Below, piece after piece: positions 23,801-32,804 of a stretch of DNA of 64,000 nucleotides. The stretch is from Candidatus Aminicenantes bacterium. GTDB lineage: Bacteria > Acidobacteriota > Aminicenantia > Aminicenantales > UBA4085. The stretch spans positions 16,600 through 80,599 of the forward strand of contig JAPKZJ010000108.1 of NCBI GenBank assembly GCA_026393855.1. Reading direction: 5' to 3'. Below the pieces are notes generated by a model. That model did not search any database. It saw only the letters and a program-made list of their open reading frames with translations, and was not told where the DNA came from. Both the position numbers and the translations under genes were made by a program. The stretch's first letter is position 1; every line of letters starts with the position of its first letter.

Positions 23801-26800
23801 ATGAAGACCCGCCTTGTCGTTCTCCTGGCCCTGCTCACGGCCGCCCTGCCCGCCGCGGCCGACATCCTCAGCCTGTCCCACGTCTTTCTGCTCGGCCGGA
23901 CGCTCAAAGACACGGATGGCGACAAGCTGCCGGACAAGATCGGACTCTGGGTGGTCCTCCCGGATTCGCCCGGCGCGGCCGAGCTGGCGGCCGCAGCCGA
24001 CATCGCCGCCCGGGCCAACTTCGATTGCCTGGCCCAGGATTTCGAAATTCTCAAGCGCGAATCCGAGGCCGGCCGGATCGACCGCCTCGACAACGTCATC
24101 CTGCTGGGGACGAACGTCAAATGGCTCCGGGACGCGCTGAAGGACGGGGACATCGAAGCGCCCGCGCTGGGCCCGAATCAGGGCTTCGTCTCCGTCTTCG
24201 CATCGAAGGCCCAGACCGGGCTGTTCGTCATCGCCTCCTCCGAAGACGCCCTGCTGCAAACCGCCCGCGCCTTCTTCCTGCGCTGGCCGTATCTGTGGGA
24301 CATCTGGGGGCGCGAGGAGGGGCATACCTACGCTTCGCTCGAGCGCGACATCGAACAGCTCCTGGCCGGCGATGGCATCGTCTTGCAGCGGACCGTCATC
24401 AAGTCGGTCCAATACGAATTCCCGCCGGATCTCAGGGGAGCGACGGCGGGCAAGCTGGCCTTCCGGGCCGGCGAGGTCAAGAACCTGACGGCCGAGATCT
24501 TCCTGACCGATGAGGACGAGCTGAACCGGGCGGGCCGGGCTTTCGAAGGCTTGCGGCAATCCCACTTGCGCGGCCAGAAGACCGAGCTTCTTTCCTACCC
24601 GGGGTGCGCCAAGGTGACCGTGCGCCTCCTCTTCGGCAAGACCGCGGTCGAAGCCGTCCTGCCCCGGACCGGCCTGCCGAAGCGAATGTTGACGCCGGTT
24701 TTCAAGGACGTCCCGCGCCCCGACAGTTCGGGCCGCGATTTCGATCTGACCGGACTCTTCGGCTTGAAGGGCCTCTATACGGACGGCGACCACGACGGCC
24801 TTCCCGACGGGCTGGACAGCCGGATCGTCATTCCCTCCCAGACTCCGCCGCACGGCGTCGTTTCGCTGGCCTCCCGGCTCGTTTTGGGGACGGCCGGGGC
24901 CACCTTCCCCCTCGTCGCGATCGACAAAGAGATCGAGCATCGCCAATCTTTAGTCGCCCCGATCCTGGTCGGCGCCAATGCCCTGACTCAAGAGCTCATC
25001 CGGATCGGCAAGCTGGCGCCGCCGCCGCTGGAACCGGGGACGGGCTGGGCCTCCGTCGTCCCGGCCGCCTTCAACAAGTCGACCGCCCTTGCAGTGTTGG
25101 GCGGAGACGGGATCGGATTGGACAAGACCCTCGAGTACCTGGGCCGAACCTTCCCCTATTTCGAAGCCTTCGGCCCGGGCCGTCCCCAGGTCGGCGACGT
25201 CCCTCGCGACATCGACGGATTCCTCAAAGGCGGGCGAGGCGCGGCGGAATCCCACCTCCTGCCCGCCTTGGCCAAGGCCCTGGACGACCTCAAAGACAGG
25301 CCTCTCGAATCGCTGCGGGCGGAGATTTCCCTGCCCAAGCCCAACCCTCGCTTCGAGGAGGAGGTCAAGAGGATGTTGGCCGCTCTCAAACCCGCTTCCA
25401 GCGAGATCAACCTTGCGCCTCTCACCCAAGGGCGCCGGGTTTTCGAAAAAGAGAAAGCCTTCGACTGGGAGGGCGAGCGGGCCGTCGAGGCGGTCCGGGC
25501 GGGCCTCAAAGGCGCCGCCGACGATACGGCCCCGATCAAGATCAGCCTGGGAGTCTCCGAATCGCCGGACATCCGGCAGCGCCTGAAGCAGCGGATTGAG
25601 ACGCTGTGCCGGGAAGAGTTTCAGCGGACAGCCGAGGTGGAAGTCCTATCGGCCTATAAGCAGGGCTTCTTCTGGTTGACCGAGCGGGTGGCGCCGGCCC
25701 TCAAGGGCAAGGGCGCAACCCAGGTCGTGGTCCGTTTCGCCAAAATCGAGGAGGACTTCCGCCGGCCCAAGCGCTTCTATGCGGAACCGTCCCGTTGGCT
25801 GCAGGAGCTGTACCCCGCCGACGAGATCCTGGCCCGCGAGCTCGGCCTGCCGATCGATAAAATCCGCTTCGAGATCAACCCCGACCCCACCGCCGTCTAT
25901 GACGTCACGGCCCTGGACGCCAAAAACGCCGTGCTTTTCGAGCAGGGTTTCTCGCCCCGCACCAAGACCCAGCCCTATTTGCGCCCCGTCCCGGAGTGGG
26001 GCGACGTGACCCTGACCACGGGTTGGGTCCGCCTCGAACAGGCCGGCCGGGTCCTGGCCGACGCCCCGCTCGCCTCCGATCTGGAGGAGATCTGGTCCTA
26101 CTATCAGGACGAAGTCCTGGCCCCGGTTCAGGCGCAGATTCTGCGCCAGACGGGCCAGGCCCCGACGTTCTCCAAACAGCCCTTCTTCAAGCAGCTGAAA
26201 ATCGAGATCTGGGCCAGCGAGCCCGACTTCCGTCTCGGCCTGGATGAAGAGATGGTCAGTTCGCTCGAGTCCCTGCATGACGAGATTTATTTCGATACCC
26301 TGGACTTCCTGCGCGGGATGATCGACCTCGACGGCGGCGAGACGGATCTTCCCGAAGATACCCAGAGAATCTCGGCTCCGGGCAACGTCCTCCCGATCAT
26401 CCATGGCTCGACTGAAGGCGAAGCCCCCCGGATCAAGGTCGTCTTCGAGGATTGGCCCGACGAGACGCCCCGGATCAACCTGAAGTGGAGGGAAACGGGC
26501 CGCGAGGAGGCTTCCCGGCGCATCGCCTTTCCGGCCTTGGCCGCCAAGCCGGTCCGGATTCCCTGGCTGCTCTATAACGGCCTGGAGGAGAGGGTCGGCG
26601 AGCTGGCGGTGGACCTGGAATTCGAGCGCGAGTCCGATTACCTGGCGCTGGTCGACCTCCTCGGCTCATACCGCGATCTGGCCGGCAAAGGGATGCTGGC
26701 CGATCCGATGGCTTATCCCCGCCTGGACGCCTTACGCCTGCGATTGAAGTGCGGCCGCTTGAGCAAGGAGGAAAGCCTGCCGGTCGCTCCTCCGGATGCC

Positions 26801-27931
26801 GCCGTCGCGGCGCCCCCGCCCCCGGCCAAGCCCGGCCAACCGATCATCGATACGACCCGGGTCCTCTCGCCCGAGATGGTCGAGGCGGCCATCCGCAAGC
26901 TGTCCGGGCTCCCCGCTCTGCGGACCTGGATCGGCGGCCGCTCCTATGAAGGCCGGGCCGTTCCCGTCATCGAGGCCTACCGGCCGCTCGGGACCTATGT
27001 CTCGATCCCCCGCCTCGTCGCCTTGAAGCCGACCCTGTTCCTGAACGGACGCCAGCATGCCAACGAAGTTTCCTCGACAACCTACATTCTCAAGCTGGCC
27101 GAGCTTCTGGCCCGCGACCCCGCCACCTCCGAATATCTGAGCCGGATCAACTTCGTCCTCCAGCCGATGGAAAATCCGGACGGAGCGGCCCTGGCCGCCG
27201 AGCTGCAGAGCTTGACGCCTTTCCACAGCCTGCATGCCGGGCGCTACGGGACTCTGGGGCTCGACGTCGGATCCCCAGCCGGCTCCCGGCCCGTTCTGCC
27301 TGAAGCCTCGGTCCGGCGCGACCTGGCCGCCAAGTGGGCGCCCGATATCGCCCTGAACCTGCATGGCTATCCCTCCCATGAATGGGTTCAGGCGTTTTCC
27401 GATTATTCCCCCTATCTGTTCCGCGACTACTGGATCCCCAAAGGCTGGTTCGCTTATGTCCGGGGCTTGAGCCTGCCCCTGTATGATCGCTACAAGGAAG
27501 CCGGGGACGATTTGCGGGGATTCATCACGGCCGAGATGAACGCCGATCCGCGCATCAAGGAGTCGAACCGGAAATTCTACGAGCGCTACGCCCGCTGGGC
27601 GACCCGCTGGCAGCCTTTTGCCTCCCCGCTCGAGACGTACGAGGGGGTGGCCCTCTTCGCCAAGCGGCGCTCGGGTGCGGAGAACCGATTGACCGCCCGC
27701 GGCCAGGTCACTTATGCCGAAGGAACGCCGGAGCTCATGGATGAGACGGCCTCCGGGGCTTGGCTGGATTTCCTTTCGGGGCAAGGGCTGGCCTTCATCC
27801 GGGCCCACCTCAAGTACCTTTCCCTGGCCCGCTTCGAAACGGCCCGCATCGAGGAGGAGGTCGGCGATCGGGTCAGAATCCAGCTCGTCCGGGGACGACC
27901 GGGCCTGGTCAGGCTGCCGGGCAAAAACTAA
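23801..27931 (+). CDS. 1376-aa secreted multidomain protein with C-terminal M14 zinc-carboxypeptidase-like domain
   Basis: Start at MKTRLVVLLALLTAALPAAA (AAAGGA RBS). The track ORF start at 23222 is a shadow across mscL. The M14 motifs FLNGRQHANEVSS (HxxE) and NLHGYPSHEW lie near residues ~1080-1190. The N-terminal ~1000 aa show no motif I recognise except two D-x-DGD-x-LPD repeats. Confidence 0.78.
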   Translation: MKTRLVVLLALLTAALPAAADILSLSHVFLLGRTLKDTDGDKLPDKIGLWVVLPDSPGAAELAAAADIAARANFDCLAQDFEILKRESEAGRIDRLDNVILLGTNVKWLRDALKDGDIEAPALGPNQGFVSVFASKAQTGLFVIASSEDALLQTARAFFLRWPYLWDIWGREEGHTYASLERDIEQLLAGDGIVLQRTVIKSVQYEFPPDLRGATAGKLAFRAGEVKNLTAEIFLTDEDELNRAGRAFEGLRQSHLRGQKTELLSYPGCAKVTVRLLFGKTAVEAVLPRTGLPKRMLTPVFKDVPRPDSSGRDFDLTGLFGLKGLYTDGDHDGLPDGLDSRIVIPSQTPPHGVVSLASRLVLGTAGATFPLVAIDKEIEHRQSLVAPILVGANALTQELIRIGKLAPPPLEPGTGWASVVPAAFNKSTALAVLGGDGIGLDKTLEYLGRTFPYFEAFGPGRPQVGDVPRDIDGFLKGGRGAAESHLLPALAKALDDLKDRPLESLRAEISLPKPNPRFEEEVKRMLAALKPASSEINLAPLTQGRRVFEKEKAFDWEGERAVEAVRAGLKGAADDTAPIKISLGVSESPDIRQRLKQRIETLCREEFQRTAEVEVLSAYKQGFFWLTERVAPALKGKGATQVVVRFAKIEEDFRRPKRFYAEPSRWLQELYPADEILARELGLPIDKIRFEINPDPTAVYDVTALDAKNAVLFEQGFSPRTKTQPYLRPVPEWGDVTLTTGWVRLEQAGRVLADAPLASDLEEIWSYYQDEVLAPVQAQILRQTGQAPTFSKQPFFKQLKIEIWASEPDFRLGLDEEMVSSLESLHDEIYFDTLDFLRGMIDLDGGETDLPEDTQRISAPGNVLPIIHGSTEGEAPRIKVVFEDWPDETPRINLKWRETGREEASRRIAFPALAAKPVRIPWLLYNGLEERVGELAVDLEFERESDYLALVDLLGSYRDLAGKGMLADPMAYPRLDALRLRLKCGRLSKEESLPVAPPDAAVAAPPPPAKPGQPIIDTTRVLSPEMVEAAIRKLSGLPALRTWIGGRSYEGRAVPVIEAYRPLGTYVSIPRLVALKPTLFLNGRQHANEVSSTTYILKLAELLARDPATSEYLSRINFVLQPMENPDGAALAAELQSLTPFHSLHAGRYGTLGLDVGSPAGSRPVLPEASVRRDLAAKWAPDIALNLHGYPSHEWVQAFSDYSPYLFRDYWIPKGWFAYVRGLSLPLYDRYKEAGDDLRGFITAEMNADPRIKESNRKFYERYARWATRWQPFASPLETYEGVALFAKRRSGAENRLTARGQVTYAEGTPELMDETASGAWLDFLSGQGLAFIRAHLKYLSLARFETARIEEEVGDRVRIQLVRGRPGLVRLPGKN

Positions 27932-27955
27932 CCGGGACGCGCGAGTGTTTAGGAA

Positions 27956-27984
27956 TTGATTCGTCCTTGAAATACTGTTAAGAT
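27956..27984 (+). promoter_or_regulatory. sigma-70-type promoter for the sigma-54 activator gene
   Basis: TTGATT (27956-27961), a 17-nt spacer, then TAAGAT (27979-27984). It is embedded in an imperfect inverted repeat GGAATTGATTCGTCC ... GGACACTAATTCC. Confidence 0.35.
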
Positions 27985-28016
27985 TGAGGACACTAATTCC
28001 GGAGCCGTCCGCCGCC

Positions 28017-29435
28017 ATGGAAAACAGGGAAAACCTTCTCGTCGCCGGGCCCGATGCTTCGCTCTTCGATCAATTGGCCGCCACCCCGGTGGCCGAGATG
28101 TTTCAACTCTCCTTCTGCCCTTCGCGGGAAGATCTTTCCGCCTTCATTCGTGAAAACAGTATCCGCTTCGTTCTGCTCGAAGTCCGGGACGCATCCGATC
28201 AGGACGCCGCCAAGCTGGCCGAGATCAAAAACTCCGATCCTCTACTGAACGTCCTGATCTCCGGCCCACCGATCCACCCGGAGGAGGCTTTGGAGTGGAT
28301 CCGGCGCGGGGCCTCGGACTATCTGGAAAAACCCGTCAGCGCGGAAACGGCCCGGGCCGCCCTGCGCAAGGCCCTCGATAAGCGCGAGCTGCGGCGGGAG
28401 ACGTTCCTCCTGGAGCGCAAGCTGGAGAAGAAATACGTCTTCCAGGGCATGGTCAGCAAGAGTCCCTACATGCTCGAGGTCTTCGGCCTGATCGAAAGCG
28501 TGGCCCGTCATTTCGCCAGCGTTTTAGTGACCGGCGAGACGGGCACGGGTAAGGAGCTCGTGGCCAGGGCTTTGCATGCCCTGAGCGAGACCAAGAACCG
28601 CCGCTTGGTCATCTGTGACTGCGCCTCGATCCCCGAAACGCTCTTCGAATCCGAGCTCTTCGGTTACGTCAAAGGCGCCTTCACGGGAGCCGATCGAACC
28701 AAGCGGGGCTTGTTCGAGGAGGCCCACGAAGGCGTCATCTTCCTGGACGAGATCGGCGAGATCCCCCTGCCCGTCCAAGCCAAGATGCTCCGGGTCCTGG
28801 AAAACCGGCAATTCCGTCCCCTCGGCTCCAACGACGTCCGCTACGTCAACGTCCGCGTCATCGCAGCCACGAACCGCGACCTGCCCGAGCTCATCCGCCG
28901 AAGCGCCTTCCGGGAAGACCTTTATCATCGGTTAAACCGGGTCGAAGTTCATCTTCCGCCTCTGCGGGAGAGGCCCGAGGATATGCCGCTGCTGGTGCGC
29001 CATTTCCTGGACGGGACCAACAAAGCCTTCGGCAAGTCCGTCAAGGGCCTGTCCCGTGACGTCCAAAAGCTGTTCCTCAAGTACGATTGGCCCGGAAATG
29101 TCCGCGAGCTCGAGAACGTCCTGCAAAGCGCGACCATGACGACGCATCGGGATTTCATCGACGTCTCCGATCTGCCTAAGGCGCTGCGGGAGCAGGCTGC
29201 GGCTCGGCCCCGGCCCGCCTTTGGAGACCGGGACAACCTCTCCACCCTCGACGATCTTGAAAAAGAGTATATCGCCTATCTTTTGAAGCTCACGGCCTTC
29301 AATCTCAAGCGGACAGCCAAGGTCCTCAACATCTCGCGGACCACTCTTTACAACAAGATGGCCAAGTACGGCCTGGTGCGCGAACCGCGGCCGCCGTCAA
29401 AGCGCAAGCCCACAGCCCCCAGGCCCGGCGTCTGA
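28017..29435 (+). CDS. sigma-54-dependent transcriptional activator (NtrC family) with degenerate receiver domain
   Basis: The AAA+ core has GETGTGKE, ESELFGYVKGAFTGA (GAFTGA sigma-54 contact) and RFREDLYHRL. A C-terminal Fis-type HTH is present (RTAKVLNISRTTLYNKM). The receiver-like N-terminus has LLVAGPDAS and FVLLEVRD where NtrC has VVDDD and LLSDIRMP. Start taken at ATG 28017. Confidence 0.88.
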   Translation: MENRENLLVAGPDASLFDQLAATPVAEMFQLSFCPSREDLSAFIRENSIRFVLLEVRDASDQDAAKLAEIKNSDPLLNVLISGPPIHPEEALEWIRRGASDYLEKPVSAETARAALRKALDKRELRRETFLLERKLEKKYVFQGMVSKSPYMLEVFGLIESVARHFASVLVTGETGTGKELVARALHALSETKNRRLVICDCASIPETLFESELFGYVKGAFTGADRTKRGLFEEAHEGVIFLDEIGEIPLPVQAKMLRVLENRQFRPLGSNDVRYVNVRVIAATNRDLPELIRRSAFREDLYHRLNRVEVHLPPLRERPEDMPLLVRHFLDGTNKAFGKSVKGLSRDVQKLFLKYDWPGNVRELENVLQSATMTTHRDFIDVSDLPKALREQAAARPRPAFGDRDNLSTLDDLEKEYIAYLLKLTAFNLKRTAKVLNISRTTLYNKMAKYGLVREPRPPSKRKPTAPRPGV

Positions 29436-29478
29436 TACGTTCTCTCGTTCGATACGTCCTGGGCGACGGATGAGAATT

Positions 29479-30795
29479 TCATCGGACCTCCCGGCGCCGT
29501 CGTGTCCAGGCGTAGAGCGGCCATCCGGCCAGGATGATCGCCGCTCCGACACCCGACCGGCCTGGCGCGGAAATGAAGACGTTGAGGACGACGGCAGCCG
29601 AGACCAGGGCGAAAAGGGCCGGGACCACGGGATACCCCCAGGCCCGATACGGCCGGGAAGCGTCGGGCCGCTTACGGCGCAGGACGATCAGGGCGACGGC
29701 CGTCAAGCCGAAAAAGATCCAATCGCCGAAGGTCACATACTGCAGGAGCCGGCCGTATCCGTTGGTCAGAAGGAGCCCCGAAGCCCAAGCCGATTGCAGA
29801 ACGATGGCCGCGACCGGCGTGCCCCAGCGCGGGTGGCTCAAGGCGGCGGCCGGCAGGAACATTCCTTGCCGGGCCATGGCCTGATAGACCCGGGCTCCGG
29901 TCAGGATGAAGACGTTCGTGATGCCGAAGGTGGACACGATGATGGCCACGGAGATAAAGCGCCCTCCCCAGGGGCCGACCATGGCGCCCATGGCGTCCGC
30001 TGCCAGCCGGGACGAGCCGGATATCGCCGCGAAGGGCAGGGCCTTGACGTAGACGGCGTTGGCCAGGACGTAGACCGTGACGACCAGGCCCACTCCGGTC
30101 AGAATGGCCAGGGGCATCGTCCGTTCAGGCCGGCGGACCTCCCCGCCCACGAAATTCAGGTTCTGCCAGCCGCCGTAGGAGAAGAGAACCGGCATGAGGG
30201 CCAAGCCGAGGGCCTGCCACACGCCTCCCCCCAGACCATCGGGGAAGAGCGGCCCCAGGTGGACGGCGGCCGGCGGATGAAAAACAAAGAACCCGACCGC
30301 GATCAGGACGAGCAGGGAGGCGAACTTAAGCGTTGTGAAGATATTCTGGACGATGCTGCCGGGGCGGAGGCCGAGGATGTTGACGAGGGACAACGACCAG
30401 AGCAGGCCGGCCGCCAGCCATCGCGTCGTCCCCTCCCCCAGCGGCAGAAACACGCCGATGAAGCGGGCGCAGGTGAACGAGACGGCAGCGATGGCGCCCG
30501 TCTGGATGGTGCTGAAGAGCGTCCAGCCGAACAGGAATCCCAGCCAAGGCGAAAAGGCTTTCTCCAAATAGACGACCTGCCCGCCCGATTGGGGGAACAT
30601 CGCCCCCAGCTCGGCGAAACAGATGCCCCCCAGAACGGCGATGAAGCCGCCGATCACCCAGACGAGAAGGAGCTGGGAGGAGGTCTGCAGGAAGCGGGCG
30701 CTTTCGGCCGGATTCATGAAGATGCCGGAACCGATCATCGCCCCGCTGGCAATCATGGCCGCGTCGAAAACGCCGAGCCCGCGCTTCTTCGTCAT
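29479..30795 (-). CDS. APC-superfamily amino acid permease
   Basis: Start ATG 30793-30795 (MTKKRGLGVFDAAMIASGAMIGSGIF, the APC N-terminal motif). There are about 12 hydrophobic segments. The upstream part of the track ORF has no coding character. Confidence 0.85.
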   Translation of the reverse strand: MTKKRGLGVFDAAMIASGAMIGSGIFMNPAESARFLQTSSQLLLVWVIGGFIAVLGGICFAELGAMFPQSGGQVVYLEKAFSPWLGFLFGWTLFSTIQTGAIAAVSFTCARFIGVFLPLGEGTTRWLAAGLLWSLSLVNILGLRPGSIVQNIFTTLKFASLLVLIAVGFFVFHPPAAVHLGPLFPDGLGGGVWQALGLALMPVLFSYGGWQNLNFVGGEVRRPERTMPLAILTGVGLVVTVYVLANAVYVKALPFAAISGSSRLAADAMGAMVGPWGGRFISVAIIVSTFGITNVFILTGARVYQAMARQGMFLPAAALSHPRWGTPVAAIVLQSAWASGLLLTNGYGRLLQYVTFGDWIFFGLTAVALIVLRRKRPDASRPYRAWGYPVVPALFALVSAAVVLNVFISAPGRSGVGAAIILAGWPLYAWTRRRREVR

Positions 30796-30915
30796 GGCCT
30801 TTATCCATACACCTTTTGGGGACGGCGATGCAACGGAAAAACGCGCCTGGCGAATCCTTTTTCCTCTCCTCTCGTAAAAAAGATACAATACGTTTCTAGG
30901 ACTAAGGAGCTGACC

Positions 30916-31647
30916 ATGAAAAGAGCGATTTCCCTAGGCGTGGCCCTCGTTCTGTTCTCGGGTCTGGCCGCCACCGCCGGCGCCCAGGAGGCCAAGGATA
31001 TCCTGGCCAAGATGATCGAAGCCCAAGGCGGCCGCAAAGCCCTGGAGAGCGTGCGCACATCGACCGCCTCGGGATCGATGGAGTTGGTCCAGATGGGCAT
31101 GTCCGGCGGCGTTACCATGTACCAGAAAGAGCCCGACAAGCTGCGGATCGACATCGAGCTCATGGGCCTGATCATCACCCAGGCCACCGACGGCGCCCAA
31201 GCCTGGATGACCGACCCGCAGTCGGGAACGACCCAGGAGATGCCCGAGGCCATGGGCAAGAGCTTGAAGCGGCAGGCCATCGGCAGCGACGCCCTGCTCG
31301 CCCCCGAAAAGATCGGCCTCGTCTACGCCGCCAAAGGCCGTGAGAAGGTCGGCAACAAGGATTGTTATGTGCTGGAGCAGGCCTTCGCCGACGGCACCAC
31401 GGCAACCCTTTTCGTCGACGCCGCGACGGGGCTTCTGCTCAAAAGCAAGGCCAAAGCACAGGACCCCATGACGGGGGGCGACGTGGAGACCGAAACGCTG
31501 TACGAGGATTACCGCAAAGTCGGCGAAACGACGGCCTTCTTCAAGATGACCACCTTCCAGAACGGCGCCGAGTATGTCCGCCTGACCTTCAGCAAGATCG
31601 AATACAACGCGCCCCTCGAGGACGTCTTCTTCAAGATGGCTAAATAA
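30916..31647 (+). CDS. LolA-fold outer-membrane lipoprotein-sorting-like periplasmic protein
   Basis: ATG 30916 follows TAAGGAG. It has a signal peptide (MKRAISLGVALVLFSGLAATAGA). The pattern ...M.MYQK.PDKLR.D.......TQA.DG..AW..DP... is as in LolA-like/DUF4367 proteins. The function is inferred only. Confidence 0.6.
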   Translation: MKRAISLGVALVLFSGLAATAGAQEAKDILAKMIEAQGGRKALESVRTSTASGSMELVQMGMSGGVTMYQKEPDKLRIDIELMGLIITQATDGAQAWMTDPQSGTTQEMPEAMGKSLKRQAIGSDALLAPEKIGLVYAAKGREKVGNKDCYVLEQAFADGTTATLFVDAATGLLLKSKAKAQDPMTGGDVETETLYEDYRKVGETTAFFKMTTFQNGAEYVRLTFSKIEYNAPLEDVFFKMAK

Positions 31648-32574
31648 TTAGACGGCCGTGGTCGTCTCGATCTCTTTAAGCACGGCGTGGGCCAGCCGGA
31701 GGGCCCGCAGGCCTTCCTCGCCGCTGACCTTGCCGGGGCGGCCGCCGTCGATGCAAGTCAGGAAATTCTGGATTTCCTTCTTCAGCGGCTCCTCCTTGCG
31801 GATCTTGAAGGTCTTGATGTCCGTCTGGCGGCCGCTCAAAGGGAAGACTTTGACTTCCTGATCAATATAGTCGATCGAGTAATAGGCCGTGGGTTCGAAG
31901 ATCCGCAGCTTGCGGACCTTGCCCTGATGAACGCGGCTCGCAGTCAGGGTGGCGACGCAGCCCGATTTGAACTCGAGCCGGGCGTTGGCGATGTCTATTT
32001 TCTCGGACAGGACGTGGATGCCCGAGGAGCGGATGACCCCGACCTCGTCCTTGATCAACGCCAGGATGATGTCCAGGTCGTGGATCATCAGGTCCAGGAC
32101 CACGTCGACGTCGAGGGAGCGGGCCGAGAACGATCCCAGGCGCTGAACCTCGATGAATTTGGGGTCGGAAATCATGTTTTCGACGGCCTCGACCGCCGGG
32201 TTGAAACGCTCCAGATGGCCGACCTGGAAGACGAGGCCCTGGCGCTTGGCTTCGGCCACCAGCTCCTCGGCCTGGGCCACGGTCTCGGTGATGGGTTTCT
32301 CGACCAGAACATGCTTGCCCCGCTTGAGCAGCTCGAGCGAGATGGCGTGGTGCTCCGAGGTCGGGGTCGCCACGATGCCGGCGTCGATCTCGTCGATCAT
32401 CTCCCGGTAATCTTGATAATACTTGACGCCGTGGCGGTTGCCGATCTCAAAGGCTTTCTTGAAGTCGATGTCGGCTACGGCCCGCAGCTCGCATTCCTCG
32501 AGATAGGAGGCGATCCGGGCGTGCTGCATGCCCAAGTACCCGACTCCGACGATTCCGACTTTGACCTTGTCCAT
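31648..32574 (-). CDS. Gfo/Idh/MocA-family NAD-dependent oxidoreductase (position suggests GnnA-like UDP-GlcNAc 3-dehydrogenase; unproven)
   Basis: VKVGIVGVGYLGMQHA is a Rossmann motif, and HVLVEKP and GHLERFNP are family motifs. It lies directly downstream of lpxI-lpxA-fabZ on the same strand. Confidence 0.8.
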   Translation of the reverse strand: MDKVKVGIVGVGYLGMQHARIASYLEECELRAVADIDFKKAFEIGNRHGVKYYQDYREMIDEIDAGIVATPTSEHHAISLELLKRGKHVLVEKPITETVAQAEELVAEAKRQGLVFQVGHLERFNPAVEAVENMISDPKFIEVQRLGSFSARSLDVDVVLDLMIHDLDIILALIKDEVGVIRSSGIHVLSEKIDIANARLEFKSGCVATLTASRVHQGKVRKLRIFEPTAYYSIDYIDQEVKVFPLSGRQTDIKTFKIRKEEPLKKEIQNFLTCIDGGRPGKVSGEEGLRALRLAHAVLKEIETTTAV

Positions 32575-32608
32575 GATGTTTCCTTTGCCGCCGCCGACGC
32601 GGCCCGAA

Positions 32609-32804
32609 ACTAGTGCCCCGTCTTATATATTCCAATCCCATACTCTCCCTGGAGACGGGACACTTCCAGGGGGGAGACAAGCTCCCCCCTCGGCGCTCCG
32701 CTGACCCCCTGAGGGAGGCCTCGCCGCCCCCCTCATACTCCCCGGCGGTTGTGCGTCTGGCATGCTCGGGACTTAATCAACGTATTTCCGGGACGCCCAA
32801 CTAG
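32609..32804 (+). repeat. family A structured GC-rich repeat, copy 2
   Basis: See 4011-4207. Core 32645-32757 is 110/113 identical. It is bracketed by ACTAG (32609-32613) and ACTAG (32800-32804). The right ACTAG contains the lpxI stop codon (32801-32803, minus strand). Confidence 0.85.

Noticed and set aside
30848-30863. Candidate sigma-54 promoter TGGCGA-ATCCT-TTTTC upstream of the LolA-like gene, near the sigma-54 activator.
   Set aside because: The -12 element lacks the essential GC (TTTT instead of TTGC) and the -24 element is TGGCGA rather than TGGCAC. No other intergenic TGGCAC-N5-TTGC match was seen by eye. A proper PWM scan is still advisable.
32613-32804. Small ORFs inside the repeats: 32613..32804 and the tail of 3673..4185 (both encoding ...SLETGHFQGGD.LPPRRSADPLR.ASPPPSYSPAVV), plus 23023..23244 and 7601..8347.
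   Set aside because: The peptide similarity only reflects near-identical DNA. There is no RBS and the composition is atypical. The ORFs are bounded by repeat structure rather than gene signals. The one in copy 1 has no start of its own.
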